DNA from: Bigelowiella natans CCMP2755 | Taxonomy: Eukaryota; Protista; Cercozoa | Length of the DNA: 61,936 bases | Assembly: GCA_000320545.1 (NCBI GenBank) | Contig: ADNK01000252.1 | Location: 1 to 61,936, forward strand | Direction: 5' to 3' | Shown here: in pieces, positions 1 to 14,016 of the stretch | How positions within the stretch are numbered: the first letter of the stretch is position 1 | Layout of the letters: each line of letters begins with the position of its first letter | Program-made: the position numbers and the translations under genes | Notes under the pieces: model-generated | The model's database searches: none | Seen by the model: only the letters and a program-made list of their open reading frames with translations | Told to the model about the DNA's origin: nothing

Positions 1-241
1 CCCCCGTTGTTGCTGCACCCCAACAGAATATATACGTCGTCACCATTTCTCATCGATTTTGGTCTTCCTAGTGCGGAGGCAAGAAATTGGATATTGGTTT
101 TGAACATTGCATCTCCCTCTTCTTGCCGTAGATATGAGAAGAGCGACTGGAAGAGCGGCTCTGTGCGTGACCGACTCATCGGCACCACAACGTTCGATAC
201 GGAATGGCGTCTTATCAACGGCATCGCTCAAGGTGCAATCA

Positions 242-286
<45 letters not shown>

Positions 287-838
287 GTCATAGTAGTGCT
301 GGTGAGGGCATGTAAAGCATCATCACGATTATCTTAGTCAGCATCTTCCTCATCGTCGTCGTCATCATCATCATCATCATCATCATCATTGTCATTGTAC
401 TGGCCACGAATGATAGGTGAAAAGCAGCAGCGTTTGCTGTATCATCCGGACCATGCGACACCTCAGGTGATGAATGTGTGTGTGTGTGTGCGTGTGTGTG
501 CGTGTGTGCGTGTGCGTGTGCGCCAGAAGAGCTTGTATATCGTTATCATCATCACCACCACCACCATCATCATCATCTCTATCATTATCATCATCATCAT
601 CACCATCATCATCATCATTATCATGATTTTGTGTAGACACTATTGCGGCTGTGTACATGACATGTAATTCTCTAGGGAAACATGGTGATGAGCCTGGACA
701 TTCTTCGGTCTGACGTAGCATGTTCAACGAAGCCAAGGCATATTGCCGCTCCTGTCGTTGAGGACTTCCAACTACGGTCAGCCCTCCAGCCTTTTCTTCT
801 CTTCTCGTTTCCCTCTCTCTCTTTCTCTCTTCTGTTTC

Positions 839-883
<45 letters not shown>

Positions 884-1067
884 CTTTGTGTATATAAATT
901 TTAATACAATAATATGCGTCCGTCCGTGCGTGTGCGTGTGTGCGCTTGTCTGTGTCCACGTCTTTGTCTGTATGTGTGGTTGGCAGGTTGATTCTGTGGT
1001 ACACCGTCGGAGTGAGGTGAGATTTCACATCAACATCAACCAGACTACCATCGCAGTAGTAGAAGAA

Positions 1068-1101
<34 letters not shown>

Positions 1102-1206
1102 AGGTAGTAGTAGTAAAGTCGGTGTAGGAGGAGGAGGAGGGGTACGCGGAAAGGGCATTGGATAATGGGGTGCGTGGCTTCAGTGCCTCTCCTCTTCTTG
1201 AGTACC

Positions 1207-1237
<31 letters not shown>

Positions 1238-1641
1238 TTATACGTCGCCTTAAATACAAACACATCATCGACGTTGCTGCCATCTCTATAACCCTCTTTG
1301 GCACCATGTTGTGCGCATCTTTGCTGCCCTCCCCTCTCTCTCCCCCAAAAGGCGGCCCGGAAGCAACGATAAGTACGTGAATCAGCAAATTCGTGTAACG
1401 GCTAACTTTGACGGGGATCCCGGCAATGAAGTCTACAAGGAAACAGACGTGCGTGCTGGCTGCCCTTACTGCTGATAATTCCATCGGCCGCCCCTCTTCT
1501 TTCTTTCTTTCTTTCTTTCTTTCTTTCGTATCATCACTCATAATCAGGAACTATGCTTTCGAGATTTTGCCTGCATTCCCTCTCCCTTTGTGCCCATGGA
1601 ACTGTACAGTTTATTGTGTGTGGTTGACTTGCGTGGTGTGT

Positions 1642-1673
<32 letters not shown>

Positions 1674-2789
1674 GTGATTGTGTTTGTGTATAACATGACC
1701 GCCTTCCTTCCTCGTAGATTGCATGGAGCACCGCAGCCGAAGGTAGTAGATAGATGTTGTTGATACACGTAGGAGTGAAGAATAGTAGATAGATGTTGTT
1801 GATACACGTAGGAGTGAAGAATATCATATAATGCCTATACAAACACTTCTTTCTGCCGTCCTGATGCCTCCTTTATCATCGTCATCTTCATCTCCTTTTT
1901 CTTTCTTTCTCCATCATTACTTCTTCCCTCCTGGCCCTCGTGTCCTCCAGCCGTCAGAGCACACTCTAAAAGCGTAATATAATCCCCCCCCCCCCCCCCC
2001 CCCCCCCTTTCCCCACAACAAAGACCGAGCGGATTGGAACTGGCGAATGCTGTTCAACGTGAAGCTGCCCTGCGCAAATCCGCGACTAAAGATACAAGTG
2101 TGGGGGATCAATTCTTCTCAGGTCGTAGTACAATGGCAATTTCCTCTATTCTCCCTCTCCTCCGTAGTCTCAGGGCCGTGAGTTTAGCCACCACCCTTCA
2201 TCTCCTCCTCCTCCTCCTCCTCCTCCTCCTCCTCCTCCTTCTCGCATCTGAGCAGGTAGGGGAGGGCACAGCCTGTGCGGAAATCAATTACAACTTGAAC
2301 CCGTTGTTCGCTCGCATGCTCCAAGAAAGAGCTACTAAGGTGTACTTCTCCTCCTTCTCTTTTTCTTCTTCTGGGTGGGCGAGATACTTCGGAACGTTAT
2401 GGAAGTATAGCATAGATGTAAAGAAAAATGTAGGAAACTAAAGCAGTAAGACTACTAATAGCGGTAGGTGTAGAAAGAATAAAGAAAAACTTAGCTGCTG
2501 CTCTTTGTGTAGTAGTAGTAAGAAATGCGAGCAGCAGTAGCAATCGTAATAGCCAAGAACGCAATTATGACTCCTCCTACTCTTTCCAACTCGACGGGCA
2601 GGTCACTGAGAATGAGCACCCCGTGGACTTGTTCCATAGTAAGCACAATCAGATCTAGAAGAAGAAGATCACAGCGAGGATCCCTATACATGAATACATG
2701 TATGTGTTGGGAGAAGCTTTCAAACTCGTAGAGGAAGACACCCAGAGAATAGAATACGCTGAGGGGAAGAGATGTATATAGTACTACTG

Positions 2790-2836
<47 letters not shown>

Positions 2837-3730
2837 TACAAATGTCTACCTCATTCTGAGAATTCCCTTGGGCGGATGGATGTGTAGAGAACCTCCCCAA
2901 CAAATACTGCGTCGTTTGTGTAATTGTTGGTGTTATCGTTGTACTCAAGGCAACTACCCGGGAGAGAAGTTCGGGGTGCTATTTCTGGAATCCAAGGTCT
3001 GGTTGGGGAGACCTATTCTTTCCTCGCAAAAGCATAAAAAAAATAAGCAGCTGGGGATCATGTCCCGCTTTTTGGTCGCATGCGTTTTCTCCCTCGCATT
3101 ACCTACATCCCGTCGTGCGGCGGCAGCGCATGAGTTGTTCGTGTTTGGTTGCATACTCAACGCGATTGTTGGTCATGGAAGGATACTAATCCGCGCGTAA
3201 ATGCTGTTGTTTGACACATCCACTGTACACCATCATCATCCTTCAGCTGATGACGAAACAAAGCGCCTTAGCGAAGCCAGTTGGGGAAGCGCAGAAAGAG
3301 CCAAATGAAGACCCATACCTCCCCAAACCAAACCGTAATGATGCTCCTTGGCACGGAGGTAAGCTAGCAACAATGATAGACGTTAGCATTGTACAATTTG
3401 CAATGAAAGTACAAACATTGATGGCAGCTAGATTACAGGACAAAATATGCATGCTTTCACCTCGAAGCAAACATCATGATAGAAGTACTTGTTTTTTAAG
3501 TTTTTTGCACTGCTGATACACCGCTACGATTACTGCGTTAAGCAGAACAAGAGATCGTGCTCATCGCCGTATTTGTACAAGATAAATAATGGAAACAATG
3601 AGAGTGAATTGCCCTGCGTTTGAATCTTGACGATGATGACGATGAATACCTCAGCATCTTCGTTTATCCGATCGGTGTATCGAGCCAGATTGCGCTTGCT
3701 CCTGGTGGTAATTTTCGCCCTCATTGTCAT
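1..3730 (-). CDS. Multi-exon hypothetical protein, 3' part runs off the window start
   Basis: First exon from ATG 3730 (MTMRAKITTRSKRNLARYTDRINEDAE) ends at a GT donor. Further short GT-AG-bounded blocks lie between microsatellite introns (e.g. YPSMTNNRVEYATKHEQLMRCRRTTGC ~3165-3102, DFIAGIPVKVSRYTNLLIH ~1432-1377). No family recognised; exon phases not fully resolved. Confidence 0.4.
1744..1821. repeat. Exact 39-bp tandem duplication
   Basis: tagtagatagatgttgttgatacacgtaggagtgaagaa occurs at 1744-1782 and 1783-1821. Confidence 0.9.
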
Positions 3731-4772
3731 TATTATAATCGGAACTATTTTCGTTCCGCTGCTGGTATCCGGCGTCCAGGAAGCAAGTTAGTCGTTTGAT
3801 ATTTTGCTACGCGAAGTGACCACACCGACACATCGTGCTACTCTCACCATGTACATACAACATTTTCATACAGCATTTTCAATGTCCACAGATATGTCTA
3901 GATGTTAGAAACGTTGATCACGCCGCCACTGACGGTGCGTCGATAAATTATAGACAATGTGTATAACGTATAACATAAAGAAGCTGACATATATTAATAT
4001 AAGGTACCGATGCATGTAATCAGTCTTCTCATCTCTCACACGACAGAGCGTCGTGACGATGAAGAACCGCGTAGCGTGTATCGAATGACTTCATGCATGC
4101 CTGACGCAGTGTTGCATCACATGTATAGCATGTACATCCAATAGTCGAGACTTGTGCGCTGCCACAGCTAGACGTATACAGCCCGCCATGCGCATGACAA
4201 CCAAGCATGCGTCTATGTTCATCCATGTAGCTAGCTATATTTAGATTGAAATGATGTGGCGTTATTACAACACTGGCCCTGTAAATAAATCTGGATTCGA
4301 CGCGCATGTGTGATGATGTGTGCACCGTTATTGATAATTGATCGCATATATGCGCGAATCGAATGACACGCAAATCGCCGGATGTATACATCTCAACTGA
4401 GTGCGCCAGACTAGCAGGCCATGCAGCATGTAGTGTACATGCATGGCTACTTTATTTGGATGACGACTATGTGCGCGCGCGCATATCTCGCTCGTCATTT
4501 GCGAGTGCCGGTCATGAACAAAGATGCGTCAGCAGCGCACACATCACAGCATGTGATAACCGCGTGTTTATATGAATAGCATTGTGTACGTAGCGGGTGA
4601 GGCTGTATATAGCTGTACCACGCTGCTGACAAGTCACATGTAAGACGGATGTAATGAAATATTTAATTTTTTTCAATGGCCATCCTAATGTAGCTATGTA
4701 AAGCAGCGGCTACAGCGCTCAAGTTGTATCTGTTTGTTTCCACTGCGTATATATATATATTTATATATATTA

Positions 4773-4804
<32 letters not shown>

Positions 4805-5059
4805 GATATGCATGCGTCTAATACGCATGCATCCTTTTAGTGGCATCCCAGCGAGGCACTGCACTGCGTAGCTCAAGCAATCAGCATGGCGTAACCAGCA
4901 GCGCATGTAACAATCATGCAAATACAGATACTCCGGACACTGATGACTTTGTGCGTTCATCAACGATATATGGACATATATGTCCCTATAACGAACCTAC
5001 TACCAGCCACAGCATGCAAGCTGCCACAATTGCACTCATCGCAGCAAACTGATACTGAG

Positions 5060-7014
5060 CTAGCTCCATCCCAACGACAACGATGAGCCGCCACCAGGAG
5101 GTGCATGAACCTGTTAATGAGACCGCGTTGATCAGCAAAGTGGGTAAACTTCGGCATAGATTACCATTCTCTGACATCAAGAAATGCATACAGGATACGA
5201 CAAACACACACACGCACTAACATTATATATGACCACATGTTTGCGGGGTTACTGCTACAATACCATGCATCCATAACTTATGTTTTCCATCTACACATTG
5301 CATAAGAGACGTGTTGCATCTACCGTCTACTACGTACCTTCGTAGAAGGCCGGTTGGTGATGAAGTTTCCTGAGTTTTGACGACTGTTGCTGGCATATTG
5401 GTTTGAACTTTTCGCCATGGGTCTATCCCAAGGCATTGACGCTGCTCGGTTGCAGGTTCTTTCACCATTGAGAGCATTTCCTTCTAACGCTGCTTTGTCC
5501 GTGGAGGATATAGGGTGCGCATGCTTCCGTGGATGCCGCGGCGGCCGCCGTTGGACCTGCCCCGCCCTATCATCCCCCCCCCCGTCTCTATCGCGTGAGT
5601 AGTGCCTCCGAACAGCGGATCGCGATCTTAGGTTGCCGTTGCGCCGCTGTATTTCTGGATGAGAATCGTTGCTGTTACTGTTCCAGCCGAGCGACAGATT
5701 AGATTGCCCTCCGGGAGGAGCAATCCTCCTTGTACTCGATCTCTGATCCTCTGGGGCACCGTAGCTAAAGCTGGCACTGCGTTGCGCGTTGCCCTTTGTG
5801 GTGTCACTGTAATCTCTGTCTTCATATTCTCTTCGGTTTTCTTTGTGATTTTCTTGTTGGTAAGATCGGTCTTGGGAGCGGCGCCGAGATCGTGAAGTGC
5901 GGTGTTGATGGTCTTGTTTCCCCTCCGGATAGCCACCGAGTGAGAATGACGAGTTCCCACCTGAGGTAATAGTAAAGGAGGAAAAGGAAAGATGGGGTGG
6001 GCACAAAGTATTAATATAGAGCACAAATGATGCTCACTATTAATTCTTGCTACACACTTGGCATTGTCAAGGTCAAATCGCACTTGGCATTGTCAAGGTC
6101 AAATCAGTGTGGAACCATACATTATGGCATTCATTTTATTTTTGGTGTGTATGCGTATGCTCAAGACACGAACACACAGGATATCAGATTCTACCCGGCG
6201 GTGCAATCCTGCGAGTGCTTGACCTCTTGGCGTTGTAGTAGTCATCGTATGTCATTTTCTTCTCCTTTTGGGGAATGTAGTCGCCTAAACAGCGTAGAAT
6301 GCGCATTAGAATATGTACCACATCTAGATAGGCACATGTACGCACCCATGTTTATACTTATACATGAGTGTATTAGGTATGGCTAAACTACCGACGGGAG
6401 GGCCACCACTCAGGCTGCTGGTTTCTGCAGTCAATGTTACCGGACCCCGGTATCCTCCTCCCCCTATCTCCGGTGCATGCGTGTCGCCTCCGAAATGCAC
6501 TCGAGATTTTCCGCCCCCGGTGCTCCGTCCTCGTTGTCTCGCATCCCTACCGTAGCTGACACTCGATTTAACATGCTCACGAGATTGTGAAGAGGAACCT
6601 GGGTTGTACATATTAATAACAAACCACATTTATCAGATTGGTATGATCACTGTGATCAGCAGTAAGCGATCGAAATGTTCATCGAGAGGGGGAGAATTGA
6701 CCGCTTCTCAGTAGGCGAAGTATGCGCTTCGTGAAAACAAAAAGTACTTATATACGTATCCACACTACGTTGTCTCATGCGCCCCCCTCTGCGCTGTTGG
6801 TCTCGCATGAAGGATTCCGGCGCGATCTCAGACTCATCCTCATGAGCTCCCCCAAACTGGCCTCCAATGCTGAAATTTGAACGCCCTCCTGGGGGATTAA
6901 TGCGTCGGGTGCTCGAGCGCTGGTTCGCAGCCCCTAAAAGAGAATTTATCATAAACATACCCAACATTTGAGACAGTTTACATAGAAACCCGTTCCGAAG
7001 CTATCCCAGGACAT
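5060..7014 (-). CDS. SPIRAL1/SP1L-like microtubule-associated protein with repeated PPGG motifs (multi-exon)
   Basis: Exons spell MSWDSFGT|GAANQRSSTRRINPPGGRSNFSIG ... SSTRRIAPPGGQSNLSLGW ... SSNQYASNSRQNSGNFITNRPSTK|VHAPPGGGSSLSLGWS*. The last segment matches the SPIRAL1 C-terminal consensus (QN.GNFITDRPSTKVHAAPGGGSSL). Stop at 5060-5062. Confidence 0.75.
6055..6105. repeat. 25-bp direct repeat (26-bp period) in an intron
   Basis: cacttggcattgtcaaggtcaaatc at 6055-6079 and 6081-6105. Confidence 0.9.
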
Positions 7015-8114
7015 AGTTTCTTCTCTAGTTTCTGAAGATCAACGTAGATGGGGAGCTTCGTTTTACTCAGACGAGTTCTCTTCAGTTACCACAGGAAAGT
7101 TCGAACACGTGCGACTAGCAATCAGCGTCTATTAAGCAACAAATGGACCATTTAACTACATTTCTCTACAAAGACATACACAAATGACATTATTTTCTAA
7201 GATCAAAAGGCGTATCATGTCTATGTAGTGATTTCGAAGGTCTGGTTATTTTTGAATGTTCCGCTATTGGTTCGGGGAGGCATACGACTAGATAGAACTG
7301 TTGTCGTTATCAATAAAAGAGTGATTCAGAGACATTTAAGTAACGTTGTAAAAATGCATAAATGCCTCTATGGACAGAAGACTTACAGAGAAAATTGACT
7401 GCAAAATATGTATTCAATACTACAGGACCAAAAGTTATGAAGACACAACTATATACAACAAAGTTGCTACTTTGTTCTCTTGCACTAATTAAAATTCGCC
7501 GATCAAAAAATCTCCGATCTGGTGACACCCTGCAACCCCCCAAGGAAAGGAACGAATCCCAGTGACTAACGTATGAGTACCTGGCCATCATGTGTCTGTT
7601 CCCTCATGGAAGCCGTCTTGGAAATTTAATTGTCGGATAGAATAATCCAAGTCCCTTTTTTCACCGATAAAATAATTTAGGGAAAGATTTAGTGGCGGTT
7701 GTGCAAAAAGTAATTTAATCCTTGCATTTGGTTTTGATAATATTAAAAGTGGCATACAAAAATATTAGGAAAAATGATATTTTGTTGACGTACTTATATA
7801 ATGTATGTGCATTCTCCATTTTTTGTATTTTAGAATGTCGCAAGACTCCACAACAATATCTAGTCACTTTAGGAACTTGAAACCTTAATTATTAGAGCCA
7901 CCATCGCCTCCAGAAAGACAGGAAGGGGGAGGGAACTGGAAAATATGAGATTCGGCGACCAATGACGTTTCCATATATGCTTTCAAACTTAAAATAGAAA
8001 AGGATTAAAAAAAACATAAGCATAAAGAGCTTGGGGAAGGTCAAATATGGAACGATAGGGACAATAGAAGAAAGAGAGCACCAACCGTTCATTCAGGATC
8101 TTCAGTTTACCAAA

Positions 8115-9612
8115 ATGCTTACTACACCACCCACCACAACGCCCACCCAGCCTCCAACATCAAGAGTTGCAGTGCCAGGAAGACATAATCCTTCCGGTTT
8201 GTCATCTTCTCCTTTCAGTGTAGTGCAGTTTAAAATTCACATTGATTAATTACACTTACAATCATTGGGATACTTCTAAAACAGGGTCACTAATTTTACC
8301 ACCTTCACCTCTAAGTATATTACGCACTTAATCTCACAGTCTTTCACCTATCCGCAGGTGCTTCAGTAGCGCAAGCAAATTCATCTGCTGCCCCGAAAAT
8401 ATCAGTTCCTCGAGCAGAGCCTGTTGGCATGGGGCAGGGCGCTTTACCGCAATTGCTCCCGCTGAGGTGAAGTTTGATGGGCGTTGTATACTTTCCAATG
8501 ACATTTAAAATCACCCGCTAATTCTGCTTTCGTTGTATCAGCACTGCCAACATGAGTCAATTACTACAAAATCAATCCCTGCAGCCACTTGCACAGCAGG
8601 TAGTTAACTTTCAGATATGTGTGAGGGCAGATATCTATAATAAAACTTAAGTTTGCTCAGCAGGGCGTCGCACCTCCCTTTTCCGACCTAGCCAAATCCA
8701 TTGCGCCTTCCCGACCTAGCGACACTCGGGTATAAAAAATTAGCTGCAACGGAATTAGAGGCCGTAGTTACAGACGAATAAAGAACTAAATCATTTCATA
8801 TTTTTTTAGCAAGTGAAGCGATCTTGCATAAACTGTAAGCTGGCTAAGACCAGATGCGACAATGAAAGGCCTTGCCGACGATGCCTCCGCACGGGGCGTG
8901 AGGCGACCTGTGTAGATAGTGTCCACAAAAAGCGCGGGAGAAAGCGCAGTGTTAACCCAGCTACGGCCGCCATGAAAGCACGAATGTCGGATATGAATAT
9001 AGACATGAACATGTTCAACAAGCAGCAGAAATTGCTGCATAATCCCTCCGCAAAGAACAGTCGGACGGAAGTGAAGCACACACTCACTTATGTAGAGACC
9101 CTACTGACCGTATGCAATCAACAACTGGAACGCTGGAATAATAAGCTGCGTCAGGCAAACAAAATGCCTCAACCCCTGTCTCCTGAGGTCAAGAACTGCA
9201 AGAACTCACTGAAAGCGTATCAATGGATCGCCGCGTGCATGCTGAAAAACCTTCAAAATGTGGTAAAGATCAGCAGCAACGAGGAGGAGAAGGATGGCTC
9301 CGCCAGGCCTAATAAGGACACTTCAACTGAAAGCAGTAGCAAGTCGGAGCCTAAGTCGGCAGAATCAAACAAAATCGATCCTAGGGAGGTGTTCTATGGA
9401 ACCCTTCCCATCGGAGTCGCGGTTTTCTCCCTTCAGCCGTCCCCTTTTCACCCTGGGAACAAGCCGTGGGTTAACAAGACCTTAGCGGTGAGAAAAACTA
9501 CGATATCTAGATGTAGATTTACTTGGAAAAATCAATTTCTATTTGCCTTTTTTTCATATAGGCCTTACAGTTCTTTCATGACTGATGGATATAATTGTTC
9601 CCACCCCGCCCC

Positions 9613-9654
<42 letters not shown>

Positions 9655-10188
9655 CCCAGGGGATCTTGGGCTATACCCCCAAGGAAATGATTGAACGGCT
9701 CTCCTCACTGAAGGGACTGTCATCTCTTTACCACATTGTCAATCTACATGTGACCATTCGTTTATTCATGGAGGCCCTCACGCACCGAAAAGAGAACTAT
9801 TCCGTTCAAACAAAATGGATTCACAAGTAGGGAACACCTTAAATGTTGCATTGAGGAAAAAATCGCCAAACACGTGTGCTATCAGCCTAACATGCAACGC
9901 GCCAATAGTACGTGCGGCCTGTCTCTTGGATCTCCTCAAAAAGAAAATGTTTTTACTTTCTGATCCTAACCTTATAACAGGAATGGAAGCCCTTTGGACA
10001 TCCTTGAGAGTGTATCCATCAAGTATGAAACAAGCGGCGTACCCGTAAGCGTTTCCGTCTTCTTCCAGAAAATGTCCGAGAACAAGGTAATGGGATAAAA
10101 TACCCGGACTTTTTCGAATGCCATTCGGCGTGTTATCAAGCCTTCAAATCATTAGTAGACTAAATCATCTCCCATCTCCATGAACTGA
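8115..10188 (+). CDS. Zn(II)2Cys6 binuclear-cluster transcription factor with C-terminal PAS-like domain (multi-exon)
   Basis: KRSCINCKLAKTRCDNERPCRRCLRTGREATC followed by basic KKRGRKR is a canonical Zn2Cys6 domain. Downstream spliced exons give LPIGVAVF...WVNKTLA|GILGYTPKEM...KWIHK|NGSPLDILESVSIK...VSVFFQKM, a PAS-fold pattern. Start codon uncertain (further upstream exons possible). Confidence 0.8.
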
Positions 10189-10983
10189 ATGTCAATATCG
10201 GAAGCCTTGCAAGTATTATAACGTTGGTGCAGTATCTTCCCTTGATTCGAGGCCTGTCATGCATTAAGCGATACATGCGCACGCCGATTATGCAACAATG
10301 TGAAAGCGACGTAACACTACTGAGGGCGCACACATGTACACATCGCTCCGCATAGTATTGTACCTGTAGTTATTGTTTGAGGAAATAAATGGTGAGTAAT
10401 CATATTAATTCCATCGAACCATAAACCCATACATATAGCTGTAATCATTCGATAAATATTTGGAAAGTTTTTCTTGATTTGTTTAATTGGCATTTCAACT
10501 TTGAAATGTCTGTAGATACGATGTGTGTGTAATCGTAACAAGAAAAAACAAATTTGTTAAAAACACAGACAACACTGTTCGTTACGGTACGCTAGTAGTA
10601 CGTGCGAACGTGCATGCACGTACGTAGCTCGATCATGCATGCGCAGCACAAAGCTAGATCGAATGTCATGCCATCTACGCTGCAAGACGGAGGCACAATG
10701 ATCAATCAATCAAATTTGTTGATCATTGTAGTCATCCTCATGTAGCTGTCTAGCTCTAGAGCTAGCTAGCTGTGCAAACGAGCAGCGGCCACAGCGCTAA
10801 TCTAGGTGATTTTGAATCTGCTAGTCGATCTCACCCGCATGCTAGCATGAACAATGTGCTCTCTGCACATGTGTGCATGTGTGCTCGCTCGGGCTTGCAT
10901 CTTACATTGGGATTTAGCTCTCACTGAACTATGTGTGTCGCGTCTCCGCCGACTGCATCGCCTACTAGGTTGCACATTACAAA

Positions 10984-11182
10984 TGCTAGTCACTACCTTG
11001 ATGCCGCTGATGCTGTGTGCGCTGCTCGACATGCACGAAACAGAGAAGATGCTTTCACAAACACGTGACAATGGAAACAAACAGACACAACATAAACGCT
11101 GTAGCCGCTGCATTGTGCATCCATTGAAAATATTTAATCAATTTATTACATCCGTCTCATAAAAGTGCTAGTCACTACCTTG
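10984..11182. repeat. 17-bp direct repeat pair in an intergenic spacer
   Basis: tgctagtcactaccttg at 10984-11000 and 11166-11182. Confidence 0.8.
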
Positions 11183-11574
11183 CCAATTAACTCATGTTCT
11201 CTCATTGGAAGTCCCCTGTCGTCGCAGGTTCCTATTATACACATATCAGAGCAACAGTGTACAAATAAAAACCAAGCACGATATATTCAACAAGCCACCG
11301 CGCTCAGCTTCATCAATCGATCATCCATACTACCACGGACCTTCCGAACTCAATGAACATCTTGGCAAGTACGACGCGGTGGTAACTCTGAACAAGGCGA
11401 TAAGTATGGACGACATGGTGTTACGCGTGCGTAGTATCAATTTTAACGCTGCATAGTAGCAGACTCTATACAGACGTAAGCACGCATATGCGACACGAGC
11501 GAGAGAGAGAGACCGAGAGGGGGGAGGGAACGGAAAGTTATTATTAGTATCATTAAAGAAACCAGGAGTATTTA

Positions 11575-12006
11575 CTATATTAATGGTGTGGACATCGGGG
11601 TGAAGTTACGTACATCATGTATATCCTTCGCTTTCCACGTAAGGGCATGGTTGATCCTAGATGTTTAAGGAGGAGAACGAAGGGAAAAACATCATCATGT
11701 GAGTCAGAGCTATGAGACAACGACAAAGGCACTCATCATGCAGCCCACCGCAATGTTGATGCTGCTTTTACTGTTACTACGTACCATCCAGTTGCGTCTT
11801 GAAAGCGCTCATACAGGTTGATGTAGCTATCTATCGCTTCAACCTTTTGAGTAGTAGCAATCCATCCTCATCATCATTAACACCACCACCACCACTACCA
11901 CCATCACCGTACCAGACAGACGTATCGTGCAGCCACATGATCAAGTGCGTACGGGAAATAAGCAAGATACAAAGCCCGAGCACACACCACACATACAGAG
12001 AGAGAA

Positions 12007-12053
<47 letters not shown>

Positions 12054-12124
12054 CGCATACAAGGCAATCTCCAATCTATAGTGCAAGTGTTTGTCGCATG
12101 CATATTTTCAAATAGAAAAAGCAG

Positions 12125-12162
<38 letters not shown>

Positions 12163-12353
12163 TCACGTATAACATGCACATACGTACATATTTACAAATC
12201 TACAAATACATCATACTACCGACTGAAACTCCACAAACGCTTGGAAATAGCCGTCAAGAGCGCGTGCACACTGCTGCACGCACACCACCCCTCTCGTTTC
12301 CAGCAAAGGCTTATACTTCGGAATCTAAGTACAGCATGGACGAGGAAGTACAC

Positions 12354-12425
<72 letters not shown>

Positions 12426-13436
12426 TGAAGCCACCTGGGTAGCAACAACAGCAGCAGCAGCAGCAGCAGCAGCTACAACGACAATACGAACAACGACGAC
12501 AACAGCAGCAGCAGCTACAACGACAATACGAACAACGACGACAGCAGCAGCTACAACGACAATACGAACAACGACGACAACAACCACTGGCATGCAGGGG
12601 GGGAGAGAAGCAAGTGTAACCGAGTATAGGAAGAGGGAGAGCGTTCAAATAGATCATGCTAACAAGGCACAACGGCGATCGATCAAGCTGGGTGACAGAT
12701 GGAGAATGCGTGGGATGTTGTTTTAGGCCGGCGCTAGGAGGCAGTCGTTATTCTTACTGTTCTGCGTCGGTTGAAGTCACAGTGAAGAAGTAGCTGCCGA
12801 ATCATCTCACGCTCATCGTACGCATGCGCCTCGTGGGTGCTATGTCCAGTCCTCATGACGACCTTGAGATCATTTGGAGGTAAGAACCTCTCCCTCCCCC
12901 CCGTCCCCCCTCCTCCTCTTCCTCCTCCTCCTACCTTCTCTCTCCGCTTGACAAGGTTAAGAGAGTTGAGGAACAACGCTTCCTCCTTCCTTGCCGAGAT
13001 CATCATCGTATCTAAATATTGATTGCGTTTGGTTGATCGAGATGGAAGAACAATAGATAGGAGACGAGGAGGAGGAGGAGGAGGAGGAGGAGGAGGAGGA
13101 GGGCGGTGTTTAACTTTGGCCCATTAGATGGTATTCTCCCGCTCCTTCACCTTTGCTATACGACGCATGAGCTGTGCACGTTTCGTCATCCGCGATGATG
13201 CGGGATCGTGAAATTGATGGGAGGTTGCGATCGGGTGTATTATGATAATATATGTGCAGTATATACCGTATTGGTCGTCCTTTGCTCTGAGGAAGCATCT
13301 ACCATACAACCTCTCCCTCTCCCTAGCAAGCAAGCCGTAGATAGATGATAACAACAAGAAAAGGTCAGGCTGCATTCGTAAATCGTGATATTGGTGAGTG
13401 AGCATAAGTAGAGGAAGTGTTTATCTAAAGATATAC

Positions 13437-13476
<40 letters not shown>

Positions 13477-13723
13477 CAGAACAAACAGCGTTTCCCGGAA
13501 AAGATAGTTAATTTGATCAAATTAAACACATTGAGCCCCTTCCCCTTTCCACTAGCCCGCGCGTTATCGCGCGCTCGCTCTCGCGCTCCCCCCCCACCTC
13601 GTTGCTTCTGTTGTTGGCCGTAAATTCCTGCCTGTGTGCGCGCGCGCGCGCGCAACAACAACATCATCATCATCATCCTCATCCTCTACATCGAGCTACA
13701 ATAGCACAGAAAAGAGGATATGG

Positions 13724-13776
<53 letters not shown>

Positions 13777-13942
13777 GGGAAGAACATTAGATGGTGTAGG
13801 TCTACTAGACAACAACTCGTGAATGCGTCCTGTCCTTTGCAGCTAAACACGCCACAACCAACAAACAGTAGCATCCGCAGCAACAACTAAGGATGAAAAA
13901 ATGGAGATTCCGATATAACCTTTCCCCTTTCCCCCCCCCCCC

Positions 13943-14016
<74 letters not shown>

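Noticed and set aside
1744-6105. Short direct repeats (39 bp at 1744, 25 bp at 6055; also a 19-bp pair near 25205-25266) as CRISPR-like arrays
   Set aside because: Only two adjacent copies each, no unique spacers, no cas genes and a eukaryotic context; these are ordinary local duplications.
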